This document shows, piece by piece, positions 24,806 through 37,765 of a DNA stretch of 64,000 nt. The DNA is from Azolla caroliniana (Eukaryota > Plantae > Polypodiophyta), in assembly GCA_043228905.1 (NCBI GenBank), contig JBHGNT010000092.1:29713-93712 (forward strand), read 5' to 3'. Every line of letters starts with the position of its first letter. The first letter of the stretch is position 1. The notes under the pieces were generated by a model. That model was not told where the DNA came from. It ran no database searches and saw only the letters and a program-made list of their open reading frames with translations. A program made the translations under genes and the position numbers.

Positions 24806-27800
24806 CCGTATTCCATGCTCGCACAAAGCACATAGAAGTGCACTACCACTTCGTGCATGAGTGTGTCCTGAGCGGTGAAGTCGAACTTCGGTATGTTCAT
24901 ACGGATCGGCAGGTTGCCGACATCTTCACCAAACCACTCGGATCAGACAAGTTGCAACACTTCACCGAAATGCTTGGTGTTCAGTATCTCGACGTGCCAC
25001 ACTTGAGGGGGAGAACGGGCAAAGGCAAAGAAACTGCCGATTGCACCGGTGAGGGAAGAACCGACAAAGGGAGAGACCGGAAGAAGAAGGCCAAGACCCG
25101 GACATGGTCCGATGTTATGAAGGGCTTGAAACCCGATGTGGTGAAGGGCCTGGAACCGGAAGACGAATCAAGAGCGACTGATTCAGACAAGAGCTGGAAC
25201 GAGTCGGAGGCAACCGAGTCGGTTCAACAGACAGATTCGGAAGAACCGGATCAACTGGAGGTCAAGTGGACGAGAATGCAGCGGAAGTCGACGCCAACAT
25301 GGAGGAACTGGCGGGTCGACAAGCGCCAGAGTCACAGCAATGAGGGAGCTAAATTGGGCCTATTGAGCAGACAAGCCGACCGAGGAGGTCGAGGCGCGTA
25401 GAACTAGAGGGGTCTCGGCAAACGGGACTGGACCGGACAAGGAGCTCGAGCGAGGCGAAGTGACACTAGATGGAGCCGGGTGGAAGTACCGGCTGCCATG
25501 GAGACTGACATTGCGATCTGACCTCAAGTTGAGCTTGAGGGGGAGTGTTGAGCGGCAAGCTCAACCGGATCCGAATTGGCTGAATAAGCCTAACCCTGAT
25601 CGACATCCAAAAGGATGAGCCAGTGAGCTAGGGAGCCGGCTAGCCGGATCCATCAATAACCGGAAGCCTAGTAACAACCTAGACTACTAGGTAGTTAATG
25701 TCTCATAGTTAGTGTCAGATGCTGTGTGAGCATTGAAGTACACCGTACTTCTGTCAGTCCGTATGGACTTGTATAAAAGTGTTACACATACGATGTACAG
25801 AGTATTACAGAGAGTTGTTATTTTTCTGAATAGAGTCTTGCGTCTTCACTCACTCTCTCTCTCTCTGACTCTCCTGCGTACTGTGTATATTCAAGCTCTC
25901 CATTAAACCTGCATATTTTTTCTGTCTTCGGTTTTCTACTTGCTTCCGCATGCTATTCTTTACAGAAAATAATCCCACCCACTTATGACAATGAGAATGT
26001 ATGTTATCCATCAAGGGTAGACGCAATTTCCTTAACTCATCAACTATCATCTTTCCTCCTCTTACTCCTCTATATTCTTGTTGCATAATATCTGTAGGAT
26101 TGTGAACAAAACGTCGCCACTTACTAAGTGATGAGGCAAAAGATGAATCCACTTGAGCCCAATTTAATCTCACTCTCCTCCCCAACATAGATCCTTCATC
26201 ACCTAGAAATAAAGGATTCGAAACCGAGGGTTGATGTAACCATTCATCCATCGAAGTGGGCAAGAATTGTTGCAAATTATCTTTCATTGACCACCAAGCT
26301 CACTTTATCGCAGCAAAGAACCTATCATTCTAAAATACTATATTATGCGAATGAAAGTTAGGAATAAACCACCATCGAAGAGACCTTGTCCATTCACCTC
26401 CATATTTTGGGAAAACCTCTTTCATTCTTAACTGAAGAAGCATCTTCCACGGTTCATTTCCTGGTAGTAAACCTCGCACTATAAATTTTGCCAATAGTGC
26501 CTTACATTGCATAAGAGGATCTACCAAACCTAAACCCCCTTGAGAGGTCGACGCTATAATAGTTATCCAAGCTACCTTCGGTCTAACATTCTTAAAATCA
26601 GTAGAACCCCATAACAAATTTCTAATCAACCGTTGTAACTTTGACAACAAAGATCTGGAGAATAACCAAGAGGACATAATATACCACATTGAGGAGAGTA
26701 ATACTTGATTAGAAATAACTAGCCTCCCCACCAGTGATAAACTCTTAGAACTCTAAAAGATTAATTTTTTCCTCAAAGAAATTAGTAACGGTTGAATATG
26801 AGCTTCTAGGGGAAGATTAATTCCCACTTGACACCCTAAATATCTCACTGGAAAGCCTTTTGGTATCCAACGAAATCCAACGTCTGGACACCAAGTAGGA
26901 GTAAGACCTTCCCCAACCCAAAAGCCCACTGACTTGTGCCAATTAATAATGGCACCTGAAGCATCACAGAAATCATGGATCACATTTTGCACCTTACAAA
27001 GATTTTTGTCATCTCCTACAACATACAATGTTGTGTCATCTACAAATTCACAATCTAACACAACCTCCTCCAGACCTAGCCACTGTATACCCTTAATAGA
27101 TGACTTATTCTTATACAAGAATGTGCTAAAGGCTTATCCTACGAATAGAAATAAATATGGAGCCAAAGGACATTCTTGTCTCACAGATCTAGTAATCGGA
27201 AAATTATTACTTAGTGCTCCACCAACAAGAACTCGACTAGATGCTGAAGTATATAATGCAAAAACAGCCTTAATATAATCACATGGAATACCTATACAAC
27301 CCATAACCTCATATAAAAAATTCCAATCGACTTTGTCATAAACTTTCTCAAAATCCAAAAGCAATATTGCTAAGTCTTGTTTTGTTTCTTCCGCTACTGC
27401 TATCATCTCCCAAAACATGAAAATATTATCAAAGATACTCCTTTCTTGTATAAAGCCCGTCTGATTCTTATGTATAATATGTGGAAGAAAAGGCTGCAAA
27501 CGAATAGCTAATAATTAGCATAAACTTTATATATTGTGTTTAAAATAGTTATAGGCCTCCATTTCTTAATATCATCCATCACACTTTCTACCTTTGGAAT
27601 CAAATAAATCATTCCTTCATTCCACTCAATAGGCATCCTTCCCAAATGAAAAACCTCTTGTAAAGCGGCTATGAAAGCATCGGTTATATCATCCCAATAC
27701 TCTAAAAAGATTTTTGGTGATAATCCATCATTTCTTGGGCATACATTCTTCCCAACAACCACACATGCAGCTCTTACCTCTGTAGAAGAGATTTCCTTTA

Positions 27801-28989
27801 CCAATGATTTAGCCATCTCATGTGAGACCTTATGTTCCAAACAATCTAAAACACTTTTTCTTTTTTGAATTTGTTGATCCAAAAATTGTTGGGTTGTAAG
27901 TAGATTTTTATAAAAGGTCGTGGCAATGTCCCTCATTTCATTCGTGTCCTTTGTAATTGACTTATCTTCCCTTTGTAGTTGTCTTCTACAATTACCTGAA
28001 TGAACACCTTTATGATATGCGAAAAAATCAGAATTCACATTATCAGCTAATCGAGTCCACTATGAAGCAATAGCATGAAACTTTGTTTGAAATATCTTGT
28101 CTTCTAAACATATTAATTCATTTCTTATGTGACCCAACTCCAATTCAACCCAAGCTGCATGTGGACATTTTTCCTGAAAATGTTGAAGAGACCTCAAAGC
28201 CCTCCTATTAGCAGCCATTCTCAACTTACATTGCTCCACAGTCTTACATACTTTCAATCTAAAAAAATTCGAAGTACCCTGAATAGCAAAGTTGACCCTT
28301 TGCAAGACATTTACAACAAATGTATTTTGCCATTTACACATCTGTAAAATATCATGCCTAAAGGATGTATCCAAATAGATCGATTTTGGAATACGACCAC
28401 AACTATTTTTATGATATGGTTGTTTTCCAACTACCATAATCACAGGTGCATGATCAGAGAATAAAGAGCCTGATATAATACCAATCTCCCCACCCTTTTT
28501 GACAAAAAAATCATGAATGTATATTCTGTCCAAACGTGATTGTTATCTCTTAGGGCCGGACAATGGCCTAACACAGGGTGTCTATGGAAGACACTTCACC
28601 AAAGGGTGTTACGGCAACAGGATTAGACTCAACGATTAATCCGACTTAATTAAGTTACTTAGCATGATCATTTTTCATAATCACACGCGTAAGATATAAC
28701 AATTAAGGCAGAACAGCAATCAACACAGAGAGATAACAACACTAAGCTTTATTAATTAACCACTATTCATTACATTGTATCCGGGCCTTTAAATAGGTTT
28801 CCGGTCTGTATTACAAAACGATGCCATCCGCACCTGTTCGGGATCGGTCCGGATCCGGAACGGCATACCGATTCCGGTCCGTCCGTCCACACTCATAGCT
28901 TAATTACAACCACATTCCTACTACTTAAATAACTCCCCGTTTCCCACGCTGGACTCCTTTGCCGGCCGGTAACACATGGCACGCCCGTG

Positions 28990-31826
28990 GGACAATACCT
29001 TGTACGTCGAATCCACAATCGACCCTTGCTATTCTTCGTCCAAAATATCCAGAATGCTTTGTTCGAGAGTCTCCAATGGTTCATCTGGAATTGGTTGTTG
29101 TTGTTGTTGTTGTTGTTGTTGCTGCTATGTTGATGTCTGCTGCGACGGGTCCGTTGGTGGCTGCTGCGGCTGCTCCTCCGTTTGTTGCTCTGACACCGGC
29201 GTCTCCGTCGTTGCTCCCTCCGTCGTAGTAGTCTCCGGTTGACTGGTTCCGGGCTGGCCCTCAGCCGGCGACGGGTCCTCATCACTAAGGTTAACCGTTG
29301 CCGCTTCCCGTGCTTTTTCTTCCCGAACCTGGGACCGCTCGTAGCTTTCAAACTGGATTTGAGCGTCCAGCCTATCATCGTCTAGCTGAGCTACGAGTTG
29401 CCTGACCTGCGCCAGCTATTCATCCGCCAGGACTTGGAAGTCGTCGGCCAGCTCGTCCCGTATGGCGGTGAAGTCCTCGGAAGTCAACGTATAACAATCA
29501 TCTCCTTCCTTCCGCCGGTTTGCCACGTCTGCCCGTAGCAATTGGAGTTCCGTCGCGTTTTGTGCCCACTTTGTCCACCATCTTACGGAGCTTTCGTCAA
29601 TCAAGTGTTTTGTCTGATTCAGACATGCCCGAAGGATGGACTGAATCCGGCCCGTTCCCAATTGCGATTTGGTTTCCGCCGCTTGCCGTTCCTCCTTCAG
29701 TTGCTTGATGATTTTGACGTTGTCTTCCACCTGCTCCTTGTAATGCGTCAATTGCCTTTGATATGTGCTTTGTAATTTCTGCAATACCGTTGACGCTCTC
29801 TCTTTTTCTTCCTGCTGCTGCCTCTGGAGCTCCATCCAGACCTTCTCCGCCTCGTCCAAGCGTCTTGTATTTTCCGCACGTTCGTCGGCGATCGCCGTTG
29901 CGGCCCGATCAACTTCCTGCTAGAGCTCGGCCATCCGTTCCTTATGCTCCGTTTCCAGCCGTTTGTAGTCCCGGTGCAGGTGATCAAAATCATCTGTCTT
30001 TTGGTTGAGCCGTGCGTTGATCTGTCGACGGGCCCGGTCCTCGCGGTCCTTCTGCTGGCGGAGCTCTTCCTTTAGCCGTTCAATTTCCGTTTCCGCCGTC
30101 TTCCGCAGCTTGTCCTTTTCCTGCAGCACTTTGTCTTTTTCCTCCCTTAGCCAGTCGTACGCTTGATGGCCTTTCCGGAGGCTCTCCTCTGCCCGGCGGA
30201 GGTTCTTAACAGTCTTCTTTAATTCGGCTTCGGCCGCTGTCTTCAATTCCCGTTCACGGCTCCTTAGCGCTTCTTGTGCGGCAAGTTCATCTCTCAATTC
30301 CGCAAGCTCCTGGGCTTGCGCCGCATCTCTCACCGGAACGGTTTCCGTTGCCAGGGTCTTATTGGTATGTACAGGTCGATCCGTTTCTTTATTTTGTACA
30401 CTTATCGGAGTCACCGGTGATTGGATCTGTGTTGCCGTTAAGGCCATTTTGGCCATCTCTGTCGTGACCTGATCCAAGTCTTTTTCAAGGCACCGGATTC
30501 TGGACCGGGCCGTCTCTAGTTGTTCGGTTGTGACGAGCAACCATTCTCTTTGTGCGCTCTTTCTTCCGCCTCAATATACCCCACTTCTCCGGCTATCTGT
30601 TCGCCTATCCACCGGAGCCACAGGCTACCGGTGCATTGTTGTGCTTGCACGGAGGTTTGACAGTTGGGCTCACTTGTAGATGGGTGGTCCAGCCTGGTTG
30701 CGCCGAGTTGCAATTCCGTTTCTACCCGTGGACCACCCTGCCGTCCTGGTTCCCCTTGCGCTTCTTCTTGGTTGGCTGAGGGAGGCTCCATTGACCTTTC
30801 CGGCTCTGGCGGGATGGGACTTGCCGGTGTTGCTGGTGGTGCCGGGGCTTCTGATTTCGGTGCCATGCGCACCGGTTCCGGTTCCTTCCTTGGCGTGGGA
30901 GTCTCAATATGGGGAGCCGGTGTTCCCTCTGTCTGAGGGTCCGAACATTTCTCGGCTGCCTCAACAGTCCTTGCCGACGACCGTCGCTGGAGGTGCTCCG
31001 TAGGCTCCTCCTCTATTTCCTCTTCCTGAGTCCCAACATTGAGTTTTGCCGCCAAGGGGTCCGCTTCTCTATTCACCGGTCGGTGGAGTGTATCCTTTAC
31101 GGGCCGTGCCGGTGGTTCCTCCTACGCATCCGTTGGCCGCTTCCGGCTGCCGCTCTCCTTTCCTGCTTGTTCTGCATCCGCCGCCTTCCTCTTAGTGGCC
31201 TTAGAGGCCAACAACTGTTGTCGTTTGGAAGCCGTCTTTGGGGTGCCGTCCGCCACTCTTCCTCGCTTCTTGGGCTGGACGGGCTGGACGGGTGGCACAA
31301 GCAAGGTGAGCCACTACGTTACGGCGTGCCATATCCTCCATCCGTCTCGGCCTTCTTTGCCGTCTTTGCCTTTGACGATCTCGATCGCCGCACACAATCT
31401 GTTTGCGATCAATACCGGCCAATCCACCTTGATCCCTTCATAGGTGGCGATGATCATCCCTGCCCGGTTCTGCGGCATGACAGGGGGTCTAGGGTACACA
31501 TGGCCGTATTCGTGGAGCACACAAGCAATCTCGCGGAACAACATATCTCCGCCGCCCTGTGTCCGGTAGCCCTTGCTGGCTAGGGAGTACTCACCAAAAT
31601 ACCTGATGAGTTGCTCCGGGGTTGGATTGTCAATCGTGAGTATGCCTCCCTCCGGAAGGCTTGTTAACGCTCGAATCGCCTCTGCCGTTATGACCTCTGT
31701 GTCAATTTCTTTGATCACCTTGTCGGCTTCTTTGTGTGGAGGTACTTCCATCATCATCAAGAAGCCCTCGAGCCCGTGTTGCTTTAGCCATGTCTTGGTG
31801 GCTTCCGACAGCGTTTGCGGGTCCAT
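28990..31826 (-). pseudogene. Extra ORF of the gypsy element between integrase and the 3' LTR: globular N-terminus, Pro/Glu-rich linker, long coiled coil, poly-Q
   Basis: Consecutive same-strand ORF segments 31314-32054 (ATG 31826 MDPQTL), 31122-31304, 30516-31076, 29920-30540, 29416-29859, separated by single stops or shifts; (CAA)n at 29095-29125. Confidence 0.75.
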
Positions 31827-32196
31827 GTCTGTGTCGAGGTCGGATTGCGGTGACGAGGTTGGATGGTGATGAGAGTGAGATTGAGAGAGAGAGAGTTCAG
31901 AAGGCAAGGGTTCTCTGTGCGTAGGTTCTCGTCTGATGATCTTGCAGCGCCTTGGTGCTTCTGTGCTCCTCGGTTCGCGAAAGTAAAAGGGTCTCCACGC
32001 GCAGTGGTTTTTCTCTGTGCATTCTGGCGCCTTTTTCGAGTGTGTGCACGTCATGTACTAAAATAGCATTATGTCCTGTGGTGGCGCTTCAAATGCCCAC
32101 TACGTACCTTTTCGCTCCCCGCTCTTTCATCCATTCATTCCTCACATTTGCATGATTACTTCGTTTTTTCTTTTTCTTTTTTTTGAGAGTGTGACG

Positions 32197-35100
32197 TTAC
32201 TTGTCCGTTGGTCCTCTCGGACCCTTACCGACCTCATTCTCCCCAATTACCGGCTTGCCGTGTCCACCGTCTTGGTGGTTGCCGTTTCCCTCATAGGTTG
32301 CCGTTTCCGCACTAGTGTCGGTCCTTTGCTCAAATGGGTTCTTAGGCATCAGTCCTCTATATGGCTTCAATCGGAATCCGTTGACCAATTTGCCTAGCAC
32401 TTTGCCGGCAAGTTTCCCTAACTGGTAGGACCCATTATACTCACATGTTAGCCAATACGATCCGGTCCATCTAGACCGTAGTTTACCCGACATCTTGCCC
32501 ATCCGGGTCTGAAATACTAGCACCGGTTTGCCAATTGCGAACATTTTTTCGTTTCCTTTCCTGTGCCGGTCGACAAATGCTTTCCATTGCCGTTGCTCCA
32601 ATTCTAAGTGCAGGATGCTTGCCATTCGTTGTTCGTCGAGTTCACACAGCGCTGTTAACCGTATTGCCTCCGACTCCTTCTCGTTCAGCCGTTCCCGTAG
32701 CTGGATCCGTAAGCTGGGTACTTGGAATTCCACCAGCATTACCGCCTCTAGTCCGAACGCTAATCGGAACGGTGTTGTTCGGATGCTCGTTTTGTATGCC
32801 GTCCGGTATTGCCCAAAGCGCGCTATGTAGCTTGGTATCCCAATCCGTTCGGTTTTCGTTGACGATCTTCCGGAGGATATTCTGGAGCCTCTTGTTCGTT
32901 GATTCCGCTAAACCGTTCGCTTGCGGATAGTAAGGTGTGCTCCGTTTGTGGACAACGGCATAGAATTTCGTCAGGCTTTCCACTACTTGGCCGAGAAAGT
33001 GCCCCCCCTGGTCGCTTATTAATTCAATTCGGCATCCGTACCGGCACCAGATGTACTCGTATAGAAATTTCGCCATTGACGCAGCGGTGTTGTCTCTTAA
33101 TGCTTTGGCCTCCACCCATTTCGTGCAGTAATCTGTCGCGACAATGACGTACCGATTACCCGTTCTCATTGCCGGTGGTTTGAACGGTCCAACAAAGTCC
33201 AACCCCCACTTCTGGAATGGCTCGAGTGGTAGTACCGGCTAGTGTGGCATACGAGCCTGCTCCGTTGGCTGGCCCATTCGCTGGCATAGGTCACATTCTT
33301 TTGCGTACCGTACCGCATCTCTTAATGTCGTTGGCCACCATAGGCCACTTTGCCATATTTTCCTGGCTGTCGCATCCCCGGCATAGTGACCTCCGGCAAC
33401 CCCGTAGTGGGCTTCCCTCAATATCAGGTCCTTTTCATCGTTGCGCACCGCCCGTCTCCATATGCCGTCCGTGCCCTTGTGGTAAAGTGTGTCTTGCAGT
33501 AAGCAAAAATGTCGGCTTTGCACCGCCAGGTGTTTCTGTTCGTCCCGGTTCATCTCTTCCGGAGGCAGTCCTGTGCTCAGAAACTGGTGCATATTTGTGA
33601 GCCACTTGTCTTCCTGTGCCACCGTCTCATTTGCTGCCGTCTCCGTAGTGACTCGAAACAGCTCCGCATCCGGAAACTCATCCGCTACTCCGTCACCCGT
33701 CTCTCTGGACTCTAATCGGCTTAAGTAATCCGCCATGGCATGCTGTATACCGGGTCAGTGGAATATTTCAAACTCGAATTCCTGTAACAGTAAGGTCCAT
33801 CGGGCCAATTTGCCGGTGAGTGACGCTTTGGACACCAGGTAAAAGAATGCCGAATGATCTACATGGAAGGAAAACTTCCTTCCCAATAAATAATGTTGAA
33901 ACTTTGTCACACTGTAGATCATCCCTAGAGCTTCCCGTTCCGTGGTAGAGTAGTTCCGTTCTGCTTGGGATAGCTTTCGGCTGGGATAGTACACTGGCCG
34001 GTACCACTTTGGCTCCGTAAGCTGCATCAGTACGCTTCCGATTGCAATGTCGGAGGCGTCCACGAACACGTGAAATTCTTTACTCCAATCCGGAGGCTGC
34101 ACTACCGGTGCTTGCGACAATAGTACCTTGAGGGCCCTATACGACCTATCCTCGGTGTCAGTCCACTGGAATGGTGTCCGATGTACGGCGGCATGCAACG
34201 GTGTAGCCAGGTCGGCCAAGTATCAGAGCATCCGGCTGTGCCACCAGATCTGGCCTAAGAACCGGCTTAATGCCTTTGTCGTTGCCGTTGCCGGTGCTTC
34301 TAATATGGTTTTCACTTTATCCGGGTCGACTGCAATACCTTCCTGGCTCACAATATGTCCTAATAGAGTTCCACTGGACACGCCAAATACACACTTTGCC
34401 GGATTCAAGCTTAGCCGGTACGCTCTACACTTTTCTAGACAAAGACGGAGGTGCTGAAAATGGTCCTCCTCCCGGCTATAGACGGCGAAATCGTCAAGGA
34501 AAACCTGCATAAAAGCCGGAATATATTCACCAAAGATTTCTATGATGATTCGTTGAAATGTTGCCGGTGCCATTTTGAGTCTGAACATCATCACCACGGC
34601 CACAAACACCCCCCATTCGGTGATGAAAGCCGTTTTCTCTTGGTCGTCGGGGTGCATCCGGATCTAATTATACCCGCTGAATCCGTCGAGGAAGCTATAG
34701 ACCTCATGGCCGGTGACGGCATCCAACACTCCATCTGTGAACGGAAGTGGAAACGCATCCGTTACTGTAGCTGCATTGAGTTTCCGGTAGTCCACACAAA
34801 CTCGAATTTTTCCGTTCTTCTTCGGTACGACTACGATCGGGCTCAACCATGTCGCTTTCTTTACCAGACGGATAAAGCCAACTCTTAGCAGTTTGTCGAT
34901 TTCCTCCTTGACTTTGGTGGCATAATTGGGATTCATCCGGTACCGTCTTTGTGCCACTGGTTTTGCGTCCTTGCTCAAGTGCACATGATGCTGGTATAAC
35001 TGAGGGTCGAGTCCTCGCATGTCTTCGTATGACCAGGCAAACACATTGTGAAATTCCATGAGAAGTGTGATCATCGTCGTTTTGTCTTCGGACTTCATCT

Positions 35101-37765
35101 CCTTGGCGATGTGCACCGGTTTTGCTTCGTTCGTGGTCCCTAGGTTCACCTCTTCCAATTGCGACGCTTTTACACGATGTGAAACGGCCATTTCCCGTTC
35201 CAACGCTTCCTGCGCTTGCCGTAACTCCGGGATTGCGTCTTTATCCGGTTCTGCTTCAGCCTCTTCCGGTTGCCGTAAGTATGGTGCTACTGCTTCGGCA
35301 ATGTCAATTTCGAAGAGGGGTATGATCTTCGGGTTTTCCTGCAAGTACTGAGCTTCTTCTTCGTCAGCTAACCCTTCTAGCATGTTGACACATTCCGCAT
35401 ACAATGGTGTACATTCCTTGCCAGTGCTCGTCCTTGGCTGTGTTGGTACTCGTACCTTGGCTTTTCCTCACCGGAAGGTAATTATATTTTTCCTCCAATT
35501 CTGTTTGATATGTGCCGTTTTCAACCATGGCCGCCCCAGCAATAGCGGGTATGCGCCTTGTGCCTGTAATTGTAGCACTACTGCCGAGATGTGAAATGTA
35601 TGACCGCCGACAGTGACTTCTAATTTCCGTATTAATCCTGTCGGCCGCACTGAGCTTGTATCGGCCATCCGCAACCAGAACGGACACGGCTCCCACTCGT
35701 GGATTCCTAGGGCATCACACGTCCGGAGGCTTATTACATTCACCCCAGAGCCTATAACTGTGCCGTGGAGTTCTTTCCCTTTTACAATGGCAGTGATTAC
35801 CGGACTGCTGGTGTCCACCACCGTTGGTCCCTCCTCCGGATTCGAGAAGAGTACCGGTGCCGGTGATGATTCTCCTGCCGTCATGGCCGTCTTCAGTCCT
35901 TCCGTGAATCTTGGCATGAGTTGTAGGAGTCTTTCGAGTGGCAGCGTAATCTGGCATTCTTGCAACGCCTGCCATGTCTCGTTCTCGGAGTGACTACCGC
36001 CGAGAAGCCCTACGGTGTTCTCCTTTTGCCGCTGTAAGTCTGTGACATTCTGCTCGTTTGCTTTCTTCACCCATTCCGTCGCTTGTTTCCGGATGGTCTC
36101 CTGCGTCTCCCATTCCTTGGCCATGCCCTTCGACCTTGTGGTCACCTGCTGCAGATTTGCCACCTCAGGGACTACCATATTTACCGCCGGTCGTTTTTCA
36201 TAGCTCTTCATCGGGCATTGATTACTATAATGGCCTTCCTATCGGCAGTAGTAGCAGTAGGCTTTTCGGGTATTGCTGGATTCGGCATTGTCTGTTGTAC
36301 CTGGGGCAGGTCCTGCGGTACGCGCGGGGTTTTGGGCCGGTTGGCTGCTTGAAGCTCCTTGTTCCAGATCCCATGGGTAGCCGCCTTTTTTGAAATGCCG
36401 TTTTTTGTTATAGCTCTTCTTATTGCAGTACTCTTGACGGGGTTGCTCGTTATATCTGCCGTATTCCTCCTGTTGCTGACGATACCCAGGGGAGTGCTCC
36501 CGGTCATAATGTTCGTATCGTCTATTGTAATCCTGGTACCGATCATGCCGGTCATAGTTATCCCGCCGATCGCCGTACTGGACATCATTCTCCCGTCGAT
36601 CGCCGTACCGGACATCCTGTGCCAGTCGGTCGCGGTCCATTCGCCGCCAGCGTTCCTCTTCTTCATCCTGGCTGCTGCGTGGCTCAATTTGTCGGACGGG
36701 CGGTGCTTGCCAGTTCAATAGATTATACTCTCACCTATCCGTCGTATGGCCCTTGGATTGACAGATTACACATTGCGTCCTCATAGTGCATTCTAGAGCC
36801 GAGTGTCCGGAATTTAAGCAGGTTGTGCATTGTATTGCTTGCCGAAACCTGAGGTCTTCATCGGACGGTAACGCCCATTGGAGTGCTCCCAATGTGAGCC
36901 AGGAGCTTGTCTTTTCCATCTCTCTCACCCAGTCAATGACTTGGTCGATGGTACTTGTGCGGAAGTCAATTACCGTGCATACCGTACGTAGGGGTTCCCG
37001 GAGCGCGTTTAGGAATATAGTCTATAATTCCTCCTCGGGGGGTGCGCGGGCAAGCTGACTATGCATCCGTTGAAACCGGATGACACACTGGGGAATGCTC
37101 TCCCCTGCTTCCTGTCGGATGGTATAAAATAAGACTACCATTACGGTCTGGTCCACCTCCTTTTGGAAAAAATGCAAGAATTTAGCTTTTAAATCTGCAA
37201 AGGTGTTGATAGTAGACGGGTCTTGCGTCCGGCGCCATCTTGCTGCCGGTCCCTCCAATGTGACGCCAAATTCCGCTATCTTAGAGCGTTCCTCTTCATC
37301 CGGGGTCAATCGCTGGGACACATGGTTGGCTTCCCATGTCTGTTCAAAGGCGTGCACATGAGCTTCCGCGTCCGGATTATCTCTATACTTGGAGTACTGG
37401 AATGGCATGTCGTCGTCCGGTATCGGTGCGCAGGCTGGCAGTGTTGGTGCTCGTTCCGGAATTTTCTCCGGCGTCGGTGGTCTTTCCCAATTTGTTTCCT
37501 GCGTCGGTGGTTTTTCCTCTTCTTTTGGTGACTGAGGCCTCTCCTCTTTGACTTCCGGTGTCGGAGGTCGCTCTTCCTCTGCTGGTTCCGGGGGTTCCAG
37601 CGTTACTACTTCCAATTCCGGTGTCGGTAAGGTATCCGATCCTTCGTCCTCCGGTCCGCCTGGGGTTTCGTTGCTGCTACGGTAGTTCGTGTGCACGATG
37701 TATTCCCCGTCGGAGTCCGATTCATATGCTGAAAAGGCTTCTTCTTCGCCTTCTCCGTTTGCCAA
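32197..37765 (-). pseudogene. Gypsy gag-pol with multiple stops and frameshifts
   Basis: gag with CCHC knuckles; protease region TVIGSGVNVIS (catalytic Asp deleted); RT VCVDYRKLN, FLDDF; RNaseH VDASDIAIG..YSTTERE; integrase H..H..C..C, DFVGP, SDQG, PQANGLAE; WTGSY (GPY/F-like). Confidence 0.93.

Larger units (their letters stand above)
19183..25964 (+). mobile_element. Ty1/copia LTR retrotransposon, internally deleted and non-autonomous
   Basis: LTRs 19183-19567 and 25546-25964 (TG..CA); TSD GAAAA (19178-19182, 25965-25969); PBS TGGTATCAGAGC (tRNA-iMet) at 19568; PPT TGAGGGGGAG; gag, CWYCGKKGH knuckle, WYVDSG protease, [19 protein letters not shown] RNaseH; deletions near 21985 (integrase) and 23061 (RT). 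Confidence 0.96.
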
